From contig JBCBZJ010000007.1 of NCBI GenBank assembly GCA_039815375.1, positions 32,001 to 96,000 of the forward strand: a stretch of 64,000 nucleotides of DNA, in the 5' to 3' direction. How positions within the stretch are numbered: the first letter of the stretch is position 1; each line of letters opens with the position of its first letter. The stretch comes from Verrucomicrobiota bacterium. Its GTDB lineage: Bacteria > Verrucomicrobiota > Verrucomicrobiia > Opitutales > Coraliomargaritaceae. The notes under the pieces were generated by a model, which was not told where the DNA came from, did no database searches, and was given only the letters and a program-made list of their open reading frames with translations. Below are positions 40,109-50,574 of the stretch, one piece after another. Made by a program: the position numbers and the translations under genes.

Positions 40109-41687
40109 GGATAATCCGCCTGAACCATTTCTGGTCGATGTCGTTCTGCCGCTTGAGCAGTCGGAGGATCGCAATGCACAACATTCTGCGCTGGCTAAGA
40201 AGCTTCAGGTTGAGAAATCCCGTATTCCAGAATTCAGGCTACGGAAGCATTCGATCGATGCACGACAGCGGCAGATAAAGGTACAACTGCGTTTCGAAGT
40301 CGGACTCGACGCGCCACTTCCTCCTGTTCCAGAGCTTCGCCCGAGCTATCCGAAGACTGATCCTTCCGCGAATCATGTCATCATCATCGGTTGTGGACCA
40401 GCCGGTATTTTTGCAGCCCTGCGATGCCTTGAGCTCGGCATCAAACCGATTGTTCTCGAACGTGGTAAAGACGCTTCAGCTCGACGTTTCGATTTAGGTC
40501 CGATACTTAAAAAAGGGCGCGTGATCGAGGATTCGAACTATTGTTTCGGGGAAGGTGGTGCAGGCACGTTCTCGGATGGTAAGCTCTATACCCGTGCGAC
40601 CAAACGCGGGCCCGTGCGCAGAATTTACGAGACGCTGGTCGCTCATGGTGCACCGGAACGTATTCTGATTGATGCTCACCCTCACATCGGCTCGAACTTG
40701 CTTCCGAAAGTCGTCATGGCGATGCGGGAATCCATCCTCAGCGCCGGCGGTGAGGTTCACTTCGGAAGCAAAGTTACCCAGTTTCTTTTCAAAGACGGTG
40801 AGGTAAAGGGCGTTCGCACTGCTGATGGAAACGAATTTACAGCGCAAAAAATCATCCTAGCAACCGGCCATTCCGCTCGAGACATTTATGAGCTCCTGCA
40901 AAAGCAAAAAGTGCGACTTGAGCAGAAGGCATTTGCCGTCGGTGTGCGCATTGAACATCCGCAGCCTCTCATCGACAGTCTTCAATATCATACTACTCGT
41001 GAAGTCGAACGCTCACGACTCTTGCCTGCCGCAAGTTATCGACTAGCCACCAAAATCGATAACCGAGGCGTTCACTCCTTTTGTATGTGCCCAGGCGGTT
41101 TTATCGTTCCTGCAGCAACGGGAAATGACGAGATCGTTGTCAATGGTATGAGCTTGGCCCGGCGTGACTCGCCTTTCGCCAACAGTGGTATGGTTGTCAC
41201 CATAGAACCTGAAGATACCACGAAATTTCAAGCGGAGTATGATATCTTGGCCGGCATTGCCTTTCAGAAGCATTTGGAAGTGGCTGCAAAGCAACATGGC
41301 GGCGGTGGTCAAATTGCTCCCGCTCAACGAGTGACGGATTTTCTTAACGGCAGAACTTCACAGGATTTGCCGAAGACCAGCTATTTTCCAGGTATCCAAT
41401 CCGCGCGAATCGATGAACTCCTGCCGGACTGGATTGTCGATCGTCTGCGGCGAGGTTTGCGAATCTTCGGAGAACAGATGCGCGGCTATATTACCGAGGA
41501 GTGCAACTTGGTCGGCTTCGAAACGCGAACCAGCTCGCCCGTGCGAATACCACGTAACGAAAAGACACTCCAACACCCCGAGTTGAGAAACCTCTTTCCC
41601 TGCGGCGAAGGAGCCGGATTTGCAGGTGGTATTGTCAGCGCTGCTTTGGATGGCATGCGTTGCGCCGAGGCTGCTGCCCAAGCCTAG
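40101..41687 (+). CDS. NAD(P)/FAD-dependent oxidoreductase (COG2509-like)
   Basis: GCGPAG, FGEGGAGTFSDGKL, HPHIGS, FCMCPGG, ETRTSSPVRI, GEGAGFAGGIVSAA; GTG start 40101 likely. Confidence 0.9.
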   Translation: MTKDNPPEPFLVDVVLPLEQSEDRNAQHSALAKKLQVEKSRIPEFRLRKHSIDARQRQIKVQLRFEVGLDAPLPPVPELRPSYPKTDPSANHVIIIGCGPAGIFAALRCLELGIKPIVLERGKDASARRFDLGPILKKGRVIEDSNYCFGEGGAGTFSDGKLYTRATKRGPVRRIYETLVAHGAPERILIDAHPHIGSNLLPKVVMAMRESILSAGGEVHFGSKVTQFLFKDGEVKGVRTADGNEFTAQKIILATGHSARDIYELLQKQKVRLEQKAFAVGVRIEHPQPLIDSLQYHTTREVERSRLLPAASYRLATKIDNRGVHSFCMCPGGFIVPAATGNDEIVVNGMSLARRDSPFANSGMVVTIEPEDTTKFQAEYDILAGIAFQKHLEVAAKQHGGGGQIAPAQRVTDFLNGRTSQDLPKTSYFPGIQSARIDELLPDWIVDRLRRGLRIFGEQMRGYITEECNLVGFETRTSSPVRIPRNEKTLQHPELRNLFPCGEGAGFAGGIVSAALDGMRCAEAAAQA

Positions 41688-42628
41688 CGGCCAAAAAGGC
41701 GACCCAGGAAACCCGATTTCTTTTCCTCTTCTGGAGCAAATTGTAGTTTTGCCAGCTGGACAGCGATACGCTCACGACGAGGCTCGTTAATCATAATAAA
41801 ATAGCGTTCGGGTGAACCGCCCGTTCCGAAAACCGTCTCCAGATCCGCAGCCTCCGTGGAGAACCACTCACCGATATCGGCAACCTGATCAAGGGCTTTT
41901 TTGACCGAAGCTTCGATCTGCAATTCACTTGAAGAGTTGAGTTTCAGGGTCTCCTCATCACTCAAGGTCACGCCACCCTTACTCATGAGATGTAACTGCG
42001 CAACCTCAGTCATATCCTCACTGATTAAGCCAATCGCTTCTGCAAGATGCAGTCCACGCTCACCTCTTCGATAAGGAATATGACGTGCGATACCAACTTC
42101 ATCTTTATGTGAAAGGCTGTTTAAGAAAGACTTAAGGTCTCCGCCAATGACCGCGTTACGTGCGATTTTCTGCCCGAAATGCACACATTCTATCAGCGTT
42201 TCCACACCTTCTTTCGTTAGCAGATCCTTCGTTTCTTCTGAAAAGTGAATAAAGTCGGCCGGGTAGTTTGTTGGGACCTGGATTCTAGTCAGAATTCGTT
42301 CAAACGTATCATCTTCCCGGCTCTCCGTTTCAACCGTATCGACCATATCACCAAACGGATCGTCAAACGCTAGCGTCTCACGCAGAATGTCCATTAGCGC
42401 TTTAATACGACTCATCTTACCGACAAGCCCAGGCACCGATTCCAGCTCCTCGAACTCATACTCTATGTATTTCGCCGGAGTCTCATCTGATCCTTTGAAG
42501 GGCCACGAAACACCCACATTTTGTCCAAGCTTTGCAACTTCTGTCTCGTTCAGAATGGAATGGAAAAAACGTTTGCGAATATGGTTCCACTCTTCAGCGG
42601 TGTATTTCTCAGGTTCTGTTTCGCTCAT
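41684..42628 (-). CDS. Hypothetical protein
   Basis: 314-aa ORF with natural composition and no competing ORF; ends KKSGFLGRLFGR. Confidence 0.7.
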   Translation of the reverse strand: MSETEPEKYTAEEWNHIRKRFFHSILNETEVAKLGQNVGVSWPFKGSDETPAKYIEYEFEELESVPGLVGKMSRIKALMDILRETLAFDDPFGDMVDTVETESREDDTFERILTRIQVPTNYPADFIHFSEETKDLLTKEGVETLIECVHFGQKIARNAVIGGDLKSFLNSLSHKDEVGIARHIPYRRGERGLHLAEAIGLISEDMTEVAQLHLMSKGGVTLSDEETLKLNSSSELQIEASVKKALDQVADIGEWFSTEAADLETVFGTGGSPERYFIMINEPRRERIAVQLAKLQFAPEEEKKSGFLGRLFGR

Positions 42629-42659
42629 GGGTGATCTATTTTCTTAAACACATACTGCT

Positions 42660-43050
42660 TAATATGCCACTATAATATCTCGGACATGAGTGTCAAAGAT
42701 TCGTGCATCCTTCGCAACACTCCCCTGATTTTTGAACTGGATAATCTGAAACTGCATTCGCATCTTCGGCGCATCGATATCAACATCACTCTTGATTGAA
42801 CTAAAATCACAACTCAAACCTGCCCTTGAGGCTGCATGCCTGCAACACGGAAACTCGCACAGAGATGGTAAACTGCTTGAGCTTTCCGGACGAGGAGCGT
42901 GAATCCAACAAGACTCAGCGTGTCGGGATTGGCTGGAACATAAACTTCACCGCATAGAAGACATCGCACTGCAAAGAATAGAGAACATTTGGCGGATAAT
43001 TGAAGAGCATGAAATCATAGTCTTCTTCAATCTCTGCGAGCTGATTTTCC
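42660..43050 (-). pseudogene. Frameshifted ParA/Soj-family ATPase fragment
   Basis: Across frames: LAEIEEDYDFMLFNYPPN / GEVYVPANPDTLSLVGFTLLV / SIKSDVDIDAPKMRMQF...ARIFDTHVRD. Has at least two frameshifts and a TGA; no Walker A part. Confidence 0.65.
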
Positions 43051-43173
43051 GTGGCATTCGGCTAAAATTCAAATTGCTATTACAGAAAGAGACAAATCGC
43101 TCATAGTCAATTTAGCGTAAATCGTTTTCTGGAAGCAGTTTAAGGATCTTATTAAATGAATTCAGATGGTTTC

Positions 43174-43190
43174 TTGACTTTATTACTCAA
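43174..43190. promoter_or_regulatory. Candidate Rrf2-family (IscR/CymR-like) operator overlapping the cysH -35 box
   Basis: TTGACT-TTATT-ACTCAA imperfect palindrome ending about 20 nt upstream of the cysH ATG. Confidence 0.45.
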
Positions 43191-43209
43191 AAACTAATAT
43201 TTAAAAAAG

Positions 43210-43932
43210 ATGTCCTCTAAAGTATTAGCTCAGTCGCCATTGTCTGATCTCAATCTCGAGATCACGTCTGCAACTGAGCGTGTGCAATGGGCCTACCAAA
43301 AATACGGTGACCAACTCGTCCTGACAACGAGCTTTGGCGTGCAAAGCGCTGTTATGCTCCATTTGGTCACAGCTCAGATTCCTGATATACAGGTCATTTT
43401 TGTCGATACGGGATACCTGTTCCCTGCGACCTATACGTTTGCCCAAAAGCTGACAGATCGCCTAAAGCTCAATCTCAAGACTTATACTCCAAACCAGACG
43501 GCCGCCCAGCAGGAGGCGCTCTACGGTAAGCTCTGGGAAAAAGGTGTCGATGGAATCGAACGTTATAACCGGATCAATAAAGTCGAACCATTGAACCGGG
43601 CCGTGAGCGAGCTCAATGCAACTGCATGGTTATCGGGCTTGCGCCGAAGCCAGTCCAGCACGCGCAAGGATCGCCCGGTTGTTGAGCAACAAAATAAGGT
43701 CACAAAAGTCTACCCGATAGTCGATTGGACGGATCGGGATATCTACATCTATTTGACTGAAAACGACCTACCCTACCATCCGCTCTGGGAACAGGGTTAT
43801 GTTTCGGTGGGCGACTGGCATAGCACAAAGAAACTGGGAGAAGGCATGACCGAGGAAGATACTCGCTTTGGGGGCCTAAAGCGTGAGTGTGGCATCCACG
43901 AAGTGACCGGTGGAGCGGACTTCCAAATTTAG
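43210..43932 (+). CDS. cysH: Phosphoadenylyl-sulfate reductase
   Basis: TSFG, VDTGY, KVEP, GLRRSQS, GYVSVGD, KRECGIH; no Fe-S Cys pairs, so PAPS type. Confidence 0.95.
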   Translation: MSSKVLAQSPLSDLNLEITSATERVQWAYQKYGDQLVLTTSFGVQSAVMLHLVTAQIPDIQVIFVDTGYLFPATYTFAQKLTDRLKLNLKTYTPNQTAAQQEALYGKLWEKGVDGIERYNRINKVEPLNRAVSELNATAWLSGLRRSQSSTRKDRPVVEQQNKVTKVYPIVDWTDRDIYIYLTENDLPYHPLWEQGYVSVGDWHSTKKLGEGMTEEDTRFGGLKRECGIHEVTGGADFQI

Positions 43933-44240
43933 CAATGGCGCCTTGCGAATGCCTGGGTGCAGCTGCAGGCGCGGCTATCGCAACAAGATTCCTGGGAGTT
44001 TGACCCTTTCCCGAAACTGCCGGAGAAGCCAGATCCTCCAGAAATAATGCGCCGCACGGGCTAGCCCGTTTCCGGATGGTGCTTTAATGGCTGGTCCTTT
44101 ATGGACTGCGTCAGACTGGATGCTCGCCGGACTCTGGTGGCACGGTCTCGTAGACATAGGTGGGCATGAATTGAAGCATTCATTTTCTGAACAGTTTACA
44201 AATGCCAAACTACTTGCACCTGATCGGCTGCCCTATTTGT

Positions 44241-44996
44241 ATGAACAAGCCTGTGAGTTCTGAATTTATCCAACCAACAAACATCCCGAAGCACATCGCC
44301 ATCATCATGGATGGAAATGGCCGATGGGCCAAACAGCGCGGCCTGCCTCGTATTGAGGGACACCGAAGAGGTGCGGAATCTGTCAAAAGAACCCTGAAAG
44401 CTGCACAAGAAGCGGGCGTGGCCTGTCTGACTTTGTATGCGTTCAGCGTCGAGAATTGGAACCGGCCAAAGGAAGAAGTCGACGCGCTGATGAACCTTCT
44501 AGAGAGTTTTCTTTTGGATCAATTGCCTGTGCTTAAGAAGCGAAAGATTCGTTTGCGTGTCGTGGGACGTTACCGGGAACTCCCGGAAAAGATTCAAAGG
44601 CTACTTCGTGAAACAGAAGCAAAGACCGCAGAGTTTTGCGAACATACACTGGCCCTCGCACTGAATTACGGATCGCGGACAGAAGTAGTCGATGCAGTAA
44701 AATCTGTGGCGCAAGCTGCGAAATCGGGTGCACTGGACCTTGAGGATTTTGATTACGATCAACTACGACCTCATCTCTACACTGCGGACATGCCAGATCC
44801 CGATCTAGTGATTCGCACCTCGGGTGAATCACGACTCAGCAACTTTCTGATGCTCCAATCGGCCTATGCCGAGATTTACATAAGCGATGTGCTCTGGCCA
44901 GATTTCAGCCATAAGGAATTCCAGGCTGCATTGGACAACTATGCGAACCGTGAGCGACGCTATGGAAAAACCACGGAGCAGTTGATAAAGGGCTAG
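44241..44996 (+). CDS. uppS: Undecaprenyl diphosphate synthase
   Basis: HIAIIMDGNGRWA, YAFSVENWNRP, IRTSGESRLSNF. Confidence 0.97.
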   Translation: MNKPVSSEFIQPTNIPKHIAIIMDGNGRWAKQRGLPRIEGHRRGAESVKRTLKAAQEAGVACLTLYAFSVENWNRPKEEVDALMNLLESFLLDQLPVLKKRKIRLRVVGRYRELPEKIQRLLRETEAKTAEFCEHTLALALNYGSRTEVVDAVKSVAQAAKSGALDLEDFDYDQLRPHLYTADMPDPDLVIRTSGESRLSNFLMLQSAYAEIYISDVLWPDFSHKEFQAALDNYANRERRYGKTTEQLIKG

Positions 44997-45037
44997 ACCC
45001 AATCCGACTGCTCAGATAACTCTCGCCCCTACTCTAT

Positions 45038-45868
45038 ATGCAACAACGTGTTTTCAGTTTTGCCCTACTTTGGACGGTGATCGCTGTTTCAATCCTGCTT
45101 TTTGGTGCACATGCAGCCGTCTTGCTCGTCGCCATTGTCGCTTTCCTGACGCAGCTTGAACTTTACCAACTCTTTGAGAAGATGGGTTTGAAGCCCATGA
45201 AGCAGCTTGGTCTGGCTTGTGGCCTGATCATTTCACTGGGCGCTTACTATGTGCGGGGCATTGATTCAGGAAATGATCTATTTGTTCTTTGTTTTGTCGT
45301 GTTGACTCTGACAATCATTCGCCTGGACCTACAAGCTGGACGCTTGCGTAGCTTCATGCCGACACTCTTTGGCCTTCTTTACGTGCCCTACTTACTGCAC
45401 TTTCTGATTAAGATCATGAAGATGTCAGAGCTGGGCGGCTATCTTACCGGCACAGGAGTATTTCTTGGGGTCTGGATCGTTGCAGTAGCAAAATGCGCCG
45501 ATGTCGGCGGCCTATTGGTCGGCATGAAAATCGGCAAAACGCCACTGTCTATAATAAGCCCGAAGAAGACCTATGAAGGCGCAATTGGTGGTGTAGTGTT
45601 TTCGATGTTGGTAGGCGTTATTTTGCTCAGCTGCTTTCCCAGCTATGTCCCGGACGGTTTTTCGTGGTGGTTGGCCGCTTTGATTGCAATCCCTGTTGCC
45701 GTGGCCTCGATAGCATCGGATCTGGTTGAATCGGCCTTCAAACGCCAGGCTGATGTAAAGGATTCCGGTAAGGTCATACCGGGTATCGGAGGCGTTTTCG
45801 ATTTGACGGATAGTCTTATTCTCAGTGCTCCGCTTGGGTACCTACTCTTCAAGTATACCCTCTTCTAG
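45038..45868 (+). CDS. cdsA: Phosphatidate cytidylyltransferase
   Basis: ISPKKTYEG, SDLVESAFKRQADVKDSG..IPG.GG..D..DS; position in uppS-cdsA-dxr-rseP. Confidence 0.93.
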   Translation: MQQRVFSFALLWTVIAVSILLFGAHAAVLLVAIVAFLTQLELYQLFEKMGLKPMKQLGLACGLIISLGAYYVRGIDSGNDLFVLCFVVLTLTIIRLDLQAGRLRSFMPTLFGLLYVPYLLHFLIKIMKMSELGGYLTGTGVFLGVWIVAVAKCADVGGLLVGMKIGKTPLSIISPKKTYEGAIGGVVFSMLVGVILLSCFPSYVPDGFSWWLAALIAIPVAVASIASDLVESAFKRQADVKDSGKVIPGIGGVFDLTDSLILSAPLGYLLFKYTLF

Positions 45869-47026
45869 ATGACGACCAGAGCACGCAAGAATGTTGTTCT
45901 GCTCGGTGCTACCGGATCCATCGGCAGCAACACCCTTCGCGTATTGCGAAAGCATAAGGACCGCCTGAATCTAGTCGGTGTGGCGGCACGTTCCAACTAT
46001 GAGGCGCTCGCAGAGATCTGTCGTGAGTTTCAGGTCAAACACGCTGCGATTACCGACGAAAGCTCCTACAATTCTGCAAAGAATTGCTTCGACGATAACG
46101 TAATACTCAGAGCTGGGGAATCGGCCCTTACCGAACTCTCAACTCTTGCTGAGGCTGATATCGTCCTGGTAGCGGTGGTGGGCGCGTGTGGTCTTCGACC
46201 AGCGCTTGCGGCAATCGAAGCGGGCAAGGATATCGCACTGGCCAACAAAGAGCTTCTCGTTCTTGGCGGTGCGCATGTAATCGAGGCGGCTGCGCGCAAA
46301 GGTGTCCGCCTCTTGCCTACGGATAGTGAACACAACGCCATCTTCCAATGCCTTCAAGGCCATCCCCAAAGGCATATTGAAAAGCTTATCCTGACTGCAT
46401 CGGGCGGCCAGTTTCGCGACACTGACGTTGAATTGCTCGCGACTGTCACTCCGGAATCTGCTACACAGCATCCAAACTGGTCGATGGGACCCAAAATCAC
46501 GGTTGACTCTGCAACCATGGCGAACAAAGGCCTCGAATTGATTGAAGCACACTGGCTATTTGGACTGGAACCGGAGCGACTTGAAGTGGTCATTCACCCG
46601 CAGAGTATCGTCCATTCCTTCGTCCAATTTATTGATGGCTCAATTCTAAGCCAGCTCAGTCCGCCTTCCATGACATTTGCGATTCAAAACTGCTTGCTCT
46701 ATCCCGAGCGTGCTTCCGGTGTTGAGGCAACGATGGATTTTGGTCAGGCTTTTTCCTTGGACTTCCGGCCTCCGGATTTCGAACGCTATCCATGCCTTCA
46801 GCTCGCCTACGAATCCCTTCGATGCGGAGGTGCCGCTCCGGCAATTTTCAATGCAGCCAACGAGATTGCAGTTGAGCGTTTTCTCAAGAATGCGATTGGC
46901 TATCTTGATATCCCGAAAGTAATCGATCATTGTTTGGAAACTATCGAACATTCTTCTTCACCTAGCCTCGAGCAACTTTTCTTAATTGACGCAAACACCC
47001 GCAATCTTGCACGCACATGCTGTTAA
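45869..47026 (+). CDS. dxr: 1-deoxy-D-xylulose-5-phosphate reductoisomerase
   Basis: LGATGSIG, LANKE, DSEHNAIFQ, HPNWSMGPKITVDSA. Confidence 0.98.
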   Translation: MTTRARKNVVLLGATGSIGSNTLRVLRKHKDRLNLVGVAARSNYEALAEICREFQVKHAAITDESSYNSAKNCFDDNVILRAGESALTELSTLAEADIVLVAVVGACGLRPALAAIEAGKDIALANKELLVLGGAHVIEAAARKGVRLLPTDSEHNAIFQCLQGHPQRHIEKLILTASGGQFRDTDVELLATVTPESATQHPNWSMGPKITVDSATMANKGLELIEAHWLFGLEPERLEVVIHPQSIVHSFVQFIDGSILSQLSPPSMTFAIQNCLLYPERASGVEATMDFGQAFSLDFRPPDFERYPCLQLAYESLRCGGAAPAIFNAANEIAVERFLKNAIGYLDIPKVIDHCLETIEHSSSPSLEQLFLIDANTRNLARTCC

Positions 47027-48435
47027 ATCTCTTCTATATCACCGTCGCAATCTTCGCCCTTGGGTTTTGTATTTTCGTTCATGAACTTGGGCATTTCATT
47101 GCGGCAAAAAAGAGAGGTCTGGTCGCAGACCGCTTCTCTGTTGGATTCGGACCACGACTTTTCGGATGGAAATCGAATGGCACCGATTTTCGCCTCTCCC
47201 TAATTCCGCTTGGTGGTTATGTCTCGCTCCCTCAGCTTGTCGATATGGGGCGACTGGAAGGCGGTGTAAAGGATGAAGCAGATGCATTGCCACCGATCAG
47301 CTATACCGATAAGATGGTAGTCGCAGTGATGGGTGCCGTCTTCAATCTGATCTTTGCATTTCTGCTTTCGCTTATCCTTTGGGGTGTCGGCCGCGAGGTT
47401 ATCAAATCCACGGAAGTGGATCTCGTCTACGAGCAAATGGTCAATGCCGAAGGAGAAGTTGTTCCCGGTCCGGCGAAAATTGCCGGCATCCTGCCGGGCG
47501 ACACTATCCTCAGCGTAGATGGTCAGCGCATCGGTGATTGGGATCAGTTTACACACGCGATTCTTCTGGGCACAGGTCGAAGCGAAGACAAGCGGCCCCA
47601 AGCTCAAATTGAAGTATTGCGCGGCGGTGAAGTTGTCGCGATTGAGCTCCACCCAATCCTGAAAAAGTTTGGTATCGACTCAATGCGCACTGCGGGTGTT
47701 GCCCCTTCAGGTGAACTTGTCGTGATCGATGTTCTGGAAAATATGCCTGCCTTCGCTGGTGGACTGAAAGCGAATGACATTCTTCATTCTCTGGACGGCC
47801 AACTGATTGAATCTTCCAGCTTCCTCCAACTTTTTCTGAGCCAGCATGAAGGCGGTCCTGTTCAACTAACCGTTGTCCGTGAAGGTGAATTCGTTCCTTT
47901 GTCGATAGAACCTAGAGTGACGGCCGAGTCGCCTAACCCACTCTTTGGTTTTAGATACGAAGTTCGCGGCGTGAACACAGTGCGCGTGCACTACAACCCA
48001 TTCGAACAGCTCAGCCGAATGGCAAACCGGATGAAAGACACCCTCTATGCGCTGGTACATGTTAATTCTGACGTCGGTGTTAAAAACATGAGTGGCCCGG
48101 TGGGAATTGTTCACGGGCTCACGACCATGGCGCGCTTTGGTATCGTCGACCTGATCTGGTTTCTTGCACTGATCAATGTGAACCTGGCTATTTTCAACCT
48201 CTTGCCGATACCTGTGCTCGATGGCGGCCACATGCTTTTTGCCACTATATCCAAGCTGAGAGGCCGCCCTCTTCCCATATCGGTTATGGAAAAGGTTCAG
48301 GGTGCCTTCATGGTTTTACTCCTTGGTATGGTCCTCTACGTGACTTTCTTTGATGTGGGACGTGTCGGATATGATCTTGGACTGATTAAAGACGAACCTG
48401 TCGCCGCTGAAAGCGCTACGGAAGCAGCCGAGTAA
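47017..48435 (+). CDS. rseP: RIP metalloprotease (M50) with PDZ domains
   Basis: HELGH, PLGGYV, NLLPIPVLDGGH, two PDZ-like segments. Confidence 0.95.
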   Translation: MLLNLFYITVAIFALGFCIFVHELGHFIAAKKRGLVADRFSVGFGPRLFGWKSNGTDFRLSLIPLGGYVSLPQLVDMGRLEGGVKDEADALPPISYTDKMVVAVMGAVFNLIFAFLLSLILWGVGREVIKSTEVDLVYEQMVNAEGEVVPGPAKIAGILPGDTILSVDGQRIGDWDQFTHAILLGTGRSEDKRPQAQIEVLRGGEVVAIELHPILKKFGIDSMRTAGVAPSGELVVIDVLENMPAFAGGLKANDILHSLDGQLIESSSFLQLFLSQHEGGPVQLTVVREGEFVPLSIEPRVTAESPNPLFGFRYEVRGVNTVRVHYNPFEQLSRMANRMKDTLYALVHVNSDVGVKNMSGPVGIVHGLTTMARFGIVDLIWFLALINVNLAIFNLLPIPVLDGGHMLFATISKLRGRPLPISVMEKVQGAFMVLLLGMVLYVTFFDVGRVGYDLGLIKDEPVAAESATEAAE

Positions 48436-49201
48436 GTGATTCATCCACCAGATTCATTCGCGCAGAAAGCCATTCACTCAAGTCATGCTGCAGCTGTGCC
48501 GTAAATACAACGGGCAGCTCGGGAAACTGAAACTCATATCGGTAGCAGTGAAGGGCCTGGCGTTGAAGTGGTAACATCGCATCATGCCGCTCAGTCCAGC
48601 CTCGCTCGATGAAGTCGATGTAGAGCGTCTCGTCGGGACCGTAAATTTTATCACCAACAACCTTGTGGCAAATATGCTCCGCGTGAACACGGATTTGGTG
48701 CTTTCGCCCGGTTTCCGGTCGAACTTCACAAAAAGTAAATCCATTTGCCGAATTCAGGGGATAAAATTCGGTTACCGCTCTTTGCGCTGTTCTGTCGTCA
48801 CTTACCTCTGACTTGACAATAACCGGCCCCCCGCGTCTCCGTGCAATCGACGCATCAATCCGAATCGGATCAGAAAATTCGCCCTCTAGAATCGCAAGAT
48901 AGGTCTTCTTTACGATACGGTTCTGGATCGCCATCTGGAATTTACGCGCCACGGCCCTTCGTTTGGCAAATACGATCAATCCGCTTGTTTCTCTATCCAG
49001 TCGAGCAACCAGATGAAGCCTCTCGGACCCAGTATATTCACGGACCACGCCTACCAGGCTCGACATCGGGCCGTTTTTTGATGGATGGCACACCAACCAG
49101 CCTGGTTTATTGATGATCAATAGATTTTCATCTTCGCTCACGATCCAGCTTGGAAACTCATCGGGATCAACAAGTGGCGCCTCTTCACCGAATGGATTCA
49201 T
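48416..49201 (-). CDS. RluA family pseudouridine synthase
   Basis: NKPGWLVCHP, RLDRETSG, TGRKHQIRVH, VGDKIY, RQALH. Confidence 0.9.
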   Translation of the reverse strand: MNPFGEEAPLVDPDEFPSWIVSEDENLLIINKPGWLVCHPSKNGPMSSLVGVVREYTGSERLHLVARLDRETSGLIVFAKRRAVARKFQMAIQNRIVKKTYLAILEGEFSDPIRIDASIARRRGGPVIVKSEVSDDRTAQRAVTEFYPLNSANGFTFCEVRPETGRKHQIRVHAEHICHKVVGDKIYGPDETLYIDFIERGWTERHDAMLPLQRQALHCYRYEFQFPELPVVFTAQLQHDLSEWLSARMNLVDESLTRLLP

Positions 49202-50040
49202 TTCGCTGAACTATGCTGCTCCAATCGCAATTTGCGCAAAATGTAACCGCCTATTCGCGTCACCAACACTCGTGGCGTCCTCGATCCGAAAAATGCGATA
49301 CAAGTGTTCTTCCATCCAGTCACGACGAGAGACTTTCCTTTTTCTATGCCTTTGAGCGCAAGTTCTGCGACTTCGTCAGACGTCATATCGAGCGATTGAT
49401 TCATGCTCTTTGCCTGCATAGGTGGAATCTCAAAACCAGCTCGCTTGAAGAAGTTTGAACGAGTTGGGCCGGGGCAGACAGCCATTGCGCGAACCTTTGT
49501 CTCGCGGAGATCCTCGTTCAGAGCCAGTGACCAGTTCAGGACAAAAGCTTTGCTAGCTCCATAGGTCGCCAGAAAAGGGGTCGGTTGAAACCCTGCTGTA
49601 GAGGCTATATTCATCACCACCCCGCCCCGCTTCTCCAGCTGAGGCATCAACCGTCCTGTCAAATCAACGATTGCTCGAATGTTTAAGTCTATCATCTCCA
49701 ATTGCTTATCTATATCCAGCTGATGGACTTTTCCATAGTCACCAAATCCACTGTTGTTGACTAGGAGCAATTCGCCCTCAGGCGCAGTATCAATGATTGA
49801 GACTAACTGTCCCGTAACCTGATCGACGGCATCCTTATCAGTCAAGTCAGTGGACAAATGCACCCCATTATCACCTAAAAAAATTTCCGGTTTAGACCGA
49901 GAAATGTTGCACATCCTCACATTCGTAGATAATCTTAAAATTGCTTTGATAATTGAGCAGCCAATTCCTGATGAACCGCCAGTCACGATGACTATGGAAA
50001 AGCGGTTTAATGTTTCTAAAAGTGGAACCGGGGTTGGCAT
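49198..50040 (-). CDS. SDR family oxidoreductase
   Basis: TGGSSGIG, NNSG, YGASK, CPGPT; start ATG 50040 likely. Confidence 0.9.
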   Translation of the reverse strand: MPTPVPLLETLNRFSIVIVTGGSSGIGCSIIKAILRLSTNVRMCNISRSKPEIFLGDNGVHLSTDLTDKDAVDQVTGQLVSIIDTAPEGELLLVNNSGFGDYGKVHQLDIDKQLEMIDLNIRAIVDLTGRLMPQLEKRGGVVMNIASTAGFQPTPFLATYGASKAFVLNWSLALNEDLRETKVRAMAVCPGPTRSNFFKRAGFEIPPMQAKSMNQSLDMTSDEVAELALKGIEKGKSLVVTGWKNTCIAFFGSRTPRVLVTRIGGYILRKLRLEQHSSAK

Positions 50041-50117
50041 TTTTTGTATATCGATATGCAAAGCAGCGGGTTCAGTCGATCCTGTTAATACAAACCTATA
50101 AAAGAAGGTAAACATAT

Positions 50118-50483
50118 ATGAAGCAACATGACGTCATCATCTCCGGTCTGAATATGGATCTGACCGAGGCGATTAAAAACATGGTTCACGGCAAGGTTGA
50201 GAAGCTCTTTGAGCACGATGATAAGATCATCCGAATGCGCGTTGAACTGGAATATGATAGTCACAATGCCTCTCACCACGGCGAGTTCATCGCCAAGGGG
50301 CAACTTGAAGTCCGCGGCAACGACCACTTTGCCAAGGCGGCCACTGACGACCTGTATAAATCGATTGATGACCTAGTGCATAAACTCGATCGAATGCTTC
50401 GGCGGCGCTCACGTATGAAAAAGGTAAAACGCAAGGATACACATCACGTCGACATCCCTGCAGAAATCCCTAAGGCAGTTTAG
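50118..50483 (+). CDS. raiA: Ribosome hibernation factor HPF/RaiA
   Basis: ISGLNMDLTEAIK...DDLYKSIDDLVHKLDRML. Confidence 0.9.
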   Translation: MKQHDVIISGLNMDLTEAIKNMVHGKVEKLFEHDDKIIRMRVELEYDSHNASHHGEFIAKGQLEVRGNDHFAKAATDDLYKSIDDLVHKLDRMLRRRSRMKKVKRKDTHHVDIPAEIPKAV

Positions 50484-50506
50484 GACTGTCGCATATTAAA
50501 TTCTGG

Positions 50507-50536
50507 AGCCCGGCAAATCGCCGGGCTTTTTTCTTT
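50507..50536 (+). terminator. Rho-independent terminator after raiA
   Basis: AGCCCGGC-AAATC-GCCGGGCT followed by TTTTTCTTT. Confidence 0.85.
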
Positions 50537-50574
50537 GAAAGAATGATGAGAACTGACGTAACAAACTCAAAAGC

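Noticed and set aside
43933..44240. About 300-bp gap between cysH and uppS, considered as ncRNA or gene remnant
   Set aside because: No recognisable riboswitch, RNA family or protein motif by eye; needs Rfam/BLASTX
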